Below, piece after piece: positions 26,387 to 32,000 of a DNA stretch of 32,000 bases. Location: NCBI GenBank assembly GCA_964354495.1, contig CAYHAA010000013.1, positions 30,001 through 62,000 of the forward strand, written 5' to 3'. The number at the start of each line of letters is the position of its first letter. Position 1 is the first letter of the stretch. The position numbers were made by a program, and so were the translations under genes. This DNA is from an uncultured archaeon. GTDB taxonomy: Archaea > Asgardarchaeota > Thorarchaeia > Thorarchaeales > Thorarchaeaceae. The notes beneath the pieces are model-generated. The model had not been told where the DNA came from. It searched no databases and saw only the letters and a list, made by a program, of their open reading frames with translations.

Positions 26387-26932
26387 ATGGTCGAAACTGG
26401 GTCTGATTATGTCCTCAAGATGGTCGCATTGGGTGACGGCGCGGTCGGAAAGACCAGCTGCATCATGCGATACACTGAGAACAGATTCGGTGAGCAATAC
26501 AAGGCGACCATAGGGACCAGTATAGCAGTCAAGAATGTAGTCGTGAAGATTGGGGGAATGACCCGAAATGCGCAGATTGTCCTCTGGGATCTCGCAGGAC
26601 AGCCCACTTACAAGGACCTACGTCAAAGGTACATGGTCGGCTCATCGATGGCATTCCTTGTCTATGATGTGACACGTGCAACCACCTTCCTCAATATCGA
26701 TGACTGGTACAGGAGTTTCCGCAAGGTGTGTCCAGATGCCATTGTCGCACTGGTGGCTAACAAGGTTGATAGAAAGGACAGAATAGTGCCGCCTGAAGCA
26801 GGTACAATGCTTCAGAAATGGCTTGATGTTTTGTACTTGGAAACATCGGCCCTTACCGGACAAAACATCAACGCACTCTTTGAGAAGTGTGCAGAGATGG
26901 CAATCGAGCGGGAACTGGCTAAGGAAACCTAG
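26387..26932 (+). CDS. Rab-like small GTPase
   Basis: G1 GDGAVGKTS, G2 TIG, G3 WDLAGQ, G4 ANKVD, G5 ETSA; LVYDVT. ATG at 26387 after GGATGA preferred over the track start 26261. No C-terminal Cys. Confidence 0.95.
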   Translation: MVETGSDYVLKMVALGDGAVGKTSCIMRYTENRFGEQYKATIGTSIAVKNVVVKIGGMTRNAQIVLWDLAGQPTYKDLRQRYMVGSSMAFLVYDVTRATTFLNIDDWYRSFRKVCPDAIVALVANKVDRKDRIVPPEAGTMLQKWLDVLYLETSALTGQNINALFEKCAEMAIERELAKET

Positions 26933-27002
26933 CAAGCACTCCTAGACAGCTGCGGACTTAGTCTGCCCATCTGATTCTGCTTTCAATTGATGCGTGGTGC
27001 TA

Positions 27003-28508
27003 CTACGGGTAGAATGTTAGAGCCGCTTGAAATGCATAATCGAGCACAAGGTTTGGCATGAGAAGCAACAAGAGCACTACCGCGACACAGATGCCTGCTG
27101 AGAGCATCGAAGGGCGTGGCAGACGCAGCTTGACATCATCGGCTGGCTCTAGCATGTAGGCGTATTTCAAAACGCGCAAGTAGTAGCCTAGAGAAAAGAC
27201 TGAGTTCAGGAGGCCCACCAAAGCCAGCCACCACATGCCTGCAACAATTGCGCTCTGGAATACAACTAGCTTCGACCAGAAACCGACACCGACTGGCAGA
27301 CCAGCCAAAGAAAGCATCAAGATTGCAAGCATTGCTGACGCCACCGGAGCCTTCTTGCTGAGCCCAGCCAGATCGTCGTAGGTTATCCGTTTTGCTAGTG
27401 TGAGGGACATTGCCCATACCAGAATGAATGCCGCTGTCTTCATGATGGAATGGGCGAAGGCAAAGAAGACTGCTGATGCCATTCCAATTTCGTTTCCGGC
27501 GGCGATGCCAATAAACAGGTATCCCATCATTGCAATACTTGAATATGCAAGCATTCTCATGATGTCCTTCTGAGCCAGTGCCAGCACATTCCCAATGACC
27601 ATTGTCAGGATAGCGACTCCAGCTATCAGAGGAGCCCACTCTGTCTTAGCAACGAAGAAAGCAATCATGAGAATTCTCATGAGAGCACTCACGCCAGTCT
27701 TCTTTGACGCACCAGCTAGATACGCGGTAACGCTTCCGTCAGCGCTGGCGTACGCATCTGGCACCCATTGCCACCCAGGAAAGATACCTACCTTGAATCC
27801 AAATGATACAATGAAGAGGACCATGGCCAGAAGCAGCGTATAGGCAGAAGACTCGCTTCCGAGGGGAGTTGCCCAGAGGCTTGTAATGTAGATCCTGATT
27901 GTCTGCAAGTCCGTAGAGCCTGTAACGCCCAAGACGAGAGCGATGCCTAGTAGCATAAGAGCAGTTGCCAATAGACCTATCACGAAGTACTTCAGCGCAC
28001 CATCTACGGCCTCCCTGTGAGGGCCAAGAGCGACCAGTACATAGGTAGGTGTAGACATTAGCTCCCAAGCAATGAACAAGGCTACGAGATCGGTTGCCAT
28101 GACGACCCACAGGCCACCTGCGAATGAGATGAGAAGCAGAAAGTTGTAGGTCCCCTTGTCTCCGCCCCATACGCTCGATGACATCAGGACCAGGAAGGCC
28201 ACAATCAGCACAATGTAGATGAAGTTGTCACTGAAAGCATTTCGAACAAAGAGCGTTCCAAAGGAATAGCCTGACATTGTCTCTGGATTGAGCAAGACCA
28301 TCTCAAGTGTTGCAAGAGCTACACCAACGAAGCTAACACCGAGGGGATTGTATCTAAGACCAATTACCAATGCGAGTAATGCGAAAAGTACAAGGGTTAT
28401 CGCTGGGAGCGACATGATCCAACCATCAGGAACGAAAGCAAGGATTGCATCTGTCAATCCAGAGAAAATACTTCGCAAGAAACTCGCAATCAAGTCCAAT
28501 TGCATCAT
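27003..28508 (-). CDS. nuoN: NADH:quinone oxidoreductase-like subunit N
   Basis: AWELMS, ALKYF, FKVGIFPGWQWVPDAY, MLAYSSIAMMGY; ATG overlaps the nuoM stop (TGATG). Confidence 0.9.
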   Translation of the reverse strand: MMQLDLIASFLRSIFSGLTDAILAFVPDGWIMSLPAITLVLFALLALVIGLRYNPLGVSFVGVALATLEMVLLNPETMSGYSFGTLFVRNAFSDNFIYIVLIVAFLVLMSSSVWGGDKGTYNFLLLISFAGGLWVVMATDLVALFIAWELMSTPTYVLVALGPHREAVDGALKYFVIGLLATALMLLGIALVLGVTGSTDLQTIRIYITSLWATPLGSESSAYTLLLAMVLFIVSFGFKVGIFPGWQWVPDAYASADGSVTAYLAGASKKTGVSALMRILMIAFFVAKTEWAPLIAGVAILTMVIGNVLALAQKDIMRMLAYSSIAMMGYLFIGIAAGNEIGMASAVFFAFAHSIMKTAAFILVWAMSLTLAKRITYDDLAGLSKKAPVASAMLAILMLSLAGLPVGVGFWSKLVVFQSAIVAGMWWLALVGLLNSVFSLGYYLRVLKYAYMLEPADDVKLRLPRPSMLSAGICVAVVLLLLLMPNLVLDYAFQAALTFYP

Positions 28509-30079
28509 CAAGGCATACCTCCCAGGAGCATCTGTTCAATAACTGGTTGTACTACTCCGAGAATCAGGTCAGGCCATATTCCAAGCAAGATGACAGGAAT
28601 CAGCATCAGTATTGGCGCGACCAGGTCATTCCAAGAGGCCTCAGAGACCTCCACTTGAGGGTCAGGGTCGCTGAACACAATTCTGTTCAGCATCCACAGC
28701 ATGTAGCCCACCGTGAGAAAGATACCAAAGGCAATCAGTGCCGACAGAGGGTATATCACAATAGATCCAAAGATGACCAGTGCTTCTGCGATAAAGCCGC
28801 TAAAGCCAGGCAAACCAAAAGCCGCGAGTGTGGCGATTATGAACACTCCAGAAAGGCGCGGTGCTTTTGTCATAAGTCCCTTGACATTAGGAATTTCCCT
28901 TGTCCCTGCACTGTATTTGAGCTGACCAGAAACAATGAACATCACGGAAATTATCGTCCCGTGAGAGAACATCATGAATATTGAACCCTGAACGGCCAAG
29001 TTTGCTGCAGCCTGAATTGCAGGATCTGCGGAGTTGTAACCAGCGGCATATGCAGCTACACCAAGCAAGACCCAAGCCATATGATTGATCGAGGTGTACG
29101 CGACTAGGCTCTTCATGTCAGTCTGAGCCAGTGCAGTGAAAGCAGCATAGATGCACGTAAAAACAGCGGCAACTGCAAAAGGAATGGCTAATCGTGCCAT
29201 AGCCTCAGGTACCATCCACAAACCAAGACGGATGAATGCATACCCTCCCATCTTCAGCAGGATTCCAGCAAGAATGACAGATCCAGGTGTCGGAGCCTTC
29301 ACATGTGCCCATGGAAGCCAGTTGTGAAGCGGAAAGACGGGCAATTTCACGCCTGCACCCACAAAGAGTGCAAGGGCAAATCCAATTTGAATGGTTGGAT
29401 CAAGTCCAATGTTGCGTAGCGCGACCATATCGAAGGTAGGCACATGATTAACTGTGAAGCTGGAGGACATGAAGTAGAGATAGAAAAATCCCACCAACAT
29501 CACAGCAGAGCCGAGGTGGGTGTAGATGAAGAACTTGATTGAGGCATGTCTGCTGCCTTCCTCACCCCACTTACCAATGATGAAGAACATGGGCACTAGA
29601 ACAAGCTCCCAGAATATGAAGAATCCAATCAAATCGAATGAAACAAAGACTCCCAGCAGCCCTGTCTGCAGCAGAAGAAACAGAGCATAGTACACATTTG
29701 CTGAATTCTTGATGTGATTCGACCCGATGGCCGCAATCCATACTACGAGGGTGGAGAGCAGGACCAAGACCATCGAGATACCATCGACACCAAGGATGAT
29801 CTCAAAGACTGGAGAATCTGTGGTTGTACCTAGTCGAGCTAAGATATAGCTCCAGGTGTGACTCAGACCGCCTGGAGCTGGACCTACTGATGGAGTGCCC
29901 AGCATCAGGAGTACGGAAAGACCCAGCTCTAGAGTTGTGATGGCCAGCGTGATGGCTCGCGCTCCCTTGTTTCCGAGGAGATACGCTAGGAATGCGCCAC
30001 CTAGAGGCATCACAAGCATTAGAACAAGGATGTTCAATGGAAGACCGTTGATTAGACCCGTGGCAAAGTCCAGCTGCAT
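28508..30079 (-). CDS. nuoM: NADH:quinone oxidoreductase-like subunit M
   Basis: FFIFWELVLVPMFFII, KLPVFPLHNWLPWAHVKAPTPGSVILAGILLKMGGY, KSLVAYTSINHM. Confidence 0.93.
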   Translation of the reverse strand: MQLDFATGLINGLPLNILVLMLVMPLGGAFLAYLLGNKGARAITLAITTLELGLSVLLMLGTPSVGPAPGGLSHTWSYILARLGTTTDSPVFEIILGVDGISMVLVLLSTLVVWIAAIGSNHIKNSANVYYALFLLLQTGLLGVFVSFDLIGFFIFWELVLVPMFFIIGKWGEEGSRHASIKFFIYTHLGSAVMLVGFFYLYFMSSSFTVNHVPTFDMVALRNIGLDPTIQIGFALALFVGAGVKLPVFPLHNWLPWAHVKAPTPGSVILAGILLKMGGYAFIRLGLWMVPEAMARLAIPFAVAAVFTCIYAAFTALAQTDMKSLVAYTSINHMAWVLLGVAAYAAGYNSADPAIQAAANLAVQGSIFMMFSHGTIISVMFIVSGQLKYSAGTREIPNVKGLMTKAPRLSGVFIIATLAAFGLPGFSGFIAEALVIFGSIVIYPLSALIAFGIFLTVGYMLWMLNRIVFSDPDPQVEVSEASWNDLVAPILMLIPVILLGIWPDLILGVVQPVIEQMLLGGMP

Positions 30080-32000
30080 CTAGAGCACCCCCATTGTTAG
30101 AAGGCCGATGATTATCAAAAGGCCAATGCCAAAGATTACCACACTTACGTAGTCATTGATTCGCCCAGTCTGTGTTTCAAGACCTATTTCCGAGGCCTCT
30201 ACGCTCTTTGTTGAAACCCCCTCTGCAAAACCATCAATGACATGGTCATCAAACCAGCGTATCTTTCTTGAAAGGGTCTGTGCAGTTCCGGCAGACTTGA
30301 AGTCAATCCCATCGATTACGGGTTCATCCACCTGGACTCGCCATACATCTGCGAAGCGAAGGAGCTTGTTTACGAACCAGTAGTAGGACTCATTGATATA
30401 CCATCGATGCTTCAGGAAGTTGTACAGCTTCCGGCGGACGCCATTCTCTGGAATAACGGAGTTCGGTCTCTCTGCATTCCTTATGTAAATCCAATACGCT
30501 GGTACACCACCAAGAAGGAGAGCACCAATAGTGATTGCGAATGGGATTACTCCTGGTAGTGTGAACTTGACAACAATCATCTCTGTGAGTATCTCGACGA
30601 ACAGTTCCATCGTCATGGGGCCTTCAGAAAGGACGATTGCCTGAATGAATGGAAACACAAGGAATGCAATGATTGTGAATCCTGCAAGAATATACAGCGG
30701 AACCATCATTGCAGGACCGGGGTCATGAGGACTGCTGTGATGCTCTTCATCATGGTGTTCCGGTTCTTTACCATGAAAGACTATTCCCATCAGCCTTATG
30801 CTGTAGAAGATGGTACTAGCTGCTGCAAACACTGCAAGACCAAACAACAGAATACCAAATGAATATTCAACTGCAAGCTCGTAGGTGTACTCAATGATGG
30901 AGTCCTTTGACCAGAAACCAGACATCGGTGGAATCCCTGCAAGTGCGAGCACACCAATCAGCATGACCCGATAAGTCCGAGGCATGCTCATTTTCAGACC
31001 GCCCATGTTGGACATATACTTCGTATGGACAGCATGGATGACTCCGCCCGCAGCAAGGAAGAGAAGGGCTTTGAAGGCACCATGGGACACAACATGAAGC
31101 ACGCCACTGAGATACGCCTGATCATAATGACCGCTCACTGCGAGAATTCCACCTGTGCCAATTGCCAGAATCATGTAGCCAAGCTGACTCAGGGTTGAGA
31201 AAGCGAGGACCTGTTTGAGTTCGTTGGACACCATACCCATTGTTGCTGTCATAAAGGCTGTAATCGCTCCGACGGTTGCAACGATGATGAAGAATGAGAT
31301 GGCCATCTCGATGCCGAATGTCTGGAGTGCTGCGAAGCCCGACTCGGTACCAGTTTCATGAGCATGAGTCGCAGTAGCATCCACAATGGTAACCAAGAAA
31401 CGAGCGGTGATGTACACACCAGCCTTCACCATGGTCGCGGCATGAATCAGTGCAGAAACAGCTGTCGGGCCGCTCATCGCCTCGGGGAGCCACACCTGGA
31501 GGGGAACCTGACCAGATTTTCCTATTGCACCCGCAAAGATGAGTATGAGTGCTGGGAGCAGGAGACCCCAGTTGCCCATCGTACCCCACCAATTGTTGAT
31601 ATTACTGGCGAGGTCTGTGAATAGAAAGGATCCGGTGAACGTGAAGAGTAGGAGAATGCCGCCCAGCATGAGAGCGTCGCCAATCCTAGTGACGATGAAA
31701 GCCTTCGTGCCGCAGTGAGTGTTATACTCGCCTTCTGTCTCGAATTGGAGCAATGGATTGCTCTGTTCATAACCCGTGGGGTCTTTTTCCGGTCTATTCC
31801 GTTTGTCATTCCAGAAACCGATGAGACCATAGCTGCACAATCCCATGATCTCCCATCCGATGAAAGCAATCAGTAGGGAACCGCTTAGGACAAGTGTCAG
31901 CATTCCCCCTCCGAACAGGAGCATCAGGAAGAAGAATCTGTTTCTATCGCCTTCATTCGCCATGTACTCAGTACTATACACATAGATGAGGAAACACAGT
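30080..32000 (-). CDS. nuoL: NADH:quinone oxidoreductase-like subunit L, partial (start beyond right edge)
   Basis: GKSGQVPLQVWLPEAMSGPTAVSALIHAATMVKAG, KQVLAFSTLSQLG, HGAFKALLFL; frame open to the window edge. The window cannot distinguish complex I, Fpo-like or group-4 hydrogenase context. Confidence 0.93.
   Translation of the reverse strand, partial: LCFLIYVYSTEYMANEGDRNRFFFLMLLFGGGMLTLVLSGSLLIAFIGWEIMGLCSYGLIGFWNDKRNRPEKDPTGYEQSNPLLQFETEGEYNTHCGTKAFIVTRIGDALMLGGILLLFTFTGSFLFTDLASNINNWWGTMGNWGLLLPALILIFAGAIGKSGQVPLQVWLPEAMSGPTAVSALIHAATMVKAGVYITARFLVTIVDATATHAHETGTESGFAALQTFGIEMAISFFIIVATVGAITAFMTATMGMVSNELKQVLAFSTLSQLGYMILAIGTGGILAVSGHYDQAYLSGVLHVVSHGAFKALLFLAAGGVIHAVHTKYMSNMGGLKMSMPRTYRVMLIGVLALAGIPPMSGFWSKDSIIEYTYELAVEYSFGILLFGLAVFAAASTIFYSIRLMGIVFHGKEPEHHDEEHHSSPHDPGPAMMVPLYILAGFTIIAFLVFPFIQAIVLSEGPMTMELFVEILTEMIVVKFTLPGVIPFAITIGALLLGGVPAYWIYIRNAERPNSVIPENGVRRKLYNFLKHRWYINESYYWFVNKLLRFADVWRVQVDEPVIDGIDFKSAGTAQTLSRKIRWFDDHVIDGFAEGVSTKSVEASEIGLETQTGRINDYVSVVIFGIGLLIIIGLLTMGVL

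Noticed and set aside
28445-28984. 179-aa plus-strand ORF and many other 60-170 aa antisense or nested ORFs
   Set aside because: They are shadows of well-supported genes on the other strand or frame and have no recognisable motifs.
1-32000. CRISPR arrays, IS/transposases, integrases, tRNA or rRNA genes
   Set aside because: No regularly spaced direct repeats, DDE/Tyr/Ser recombinase motifs, cloverleaf or rRNA signatures were found by eye.

Overview
Gene-dense archaeal window, most likely from an Asgard (Thorarchaeia-like) lineage. The lineage call is inference from TATA-like promoters, frequent TTG/GTG starts, a Rab-like GTPase, ADP-forming acyl-CoA synthetase, a 2-phosphoglycerate kinase-like protein and exported proteins rich in N-glycosylation sequons. 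Left to right it holds: two tandem membrane-anchored penicillin-acylase-family Ntn hydrolases (the first runs off the left edge and is absent from the ORF track); a knotted-type carbamoyltransferase; small membrane proteins, one duplicating its neighbour's C-terminal module; an orphan family-5 ABC substrate-binding protein; a ~170-nt rod-like inverted repeat; NUDIX, Macro and degenerate Macro genes; an NADH oxidase/CoA-disulfide reductase; a ~1,880-aa FG-GAP/Ig-like surface protein with a predicted N-out 7-TM anchor, converging on a membrane protein with a Zn-ribbon and putative winged helix plus a stand-alone receiver; an aminotransferase/OB-fold/kinase/AcdA run; trpB2; a Rab-like GTPase; and nuoL-M-N. 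The strongest novel signal is the trpB2 leader. It has a TATA box, a 17-codon uORF with three Trp codons (MIRVCLGQWQWGLFWPV), mutually exclusive hairpins, a stem masking the start region, and a -1-frame ORF whose stop overlaps the trpB2 ATG. Together these suggest Trp-sensing, ribosome-mediated attenuation in an archaeon. No CRISPR array, tRNA, rRNA or transposase was seen. All calls are from motif reading by eye; no database search was run.
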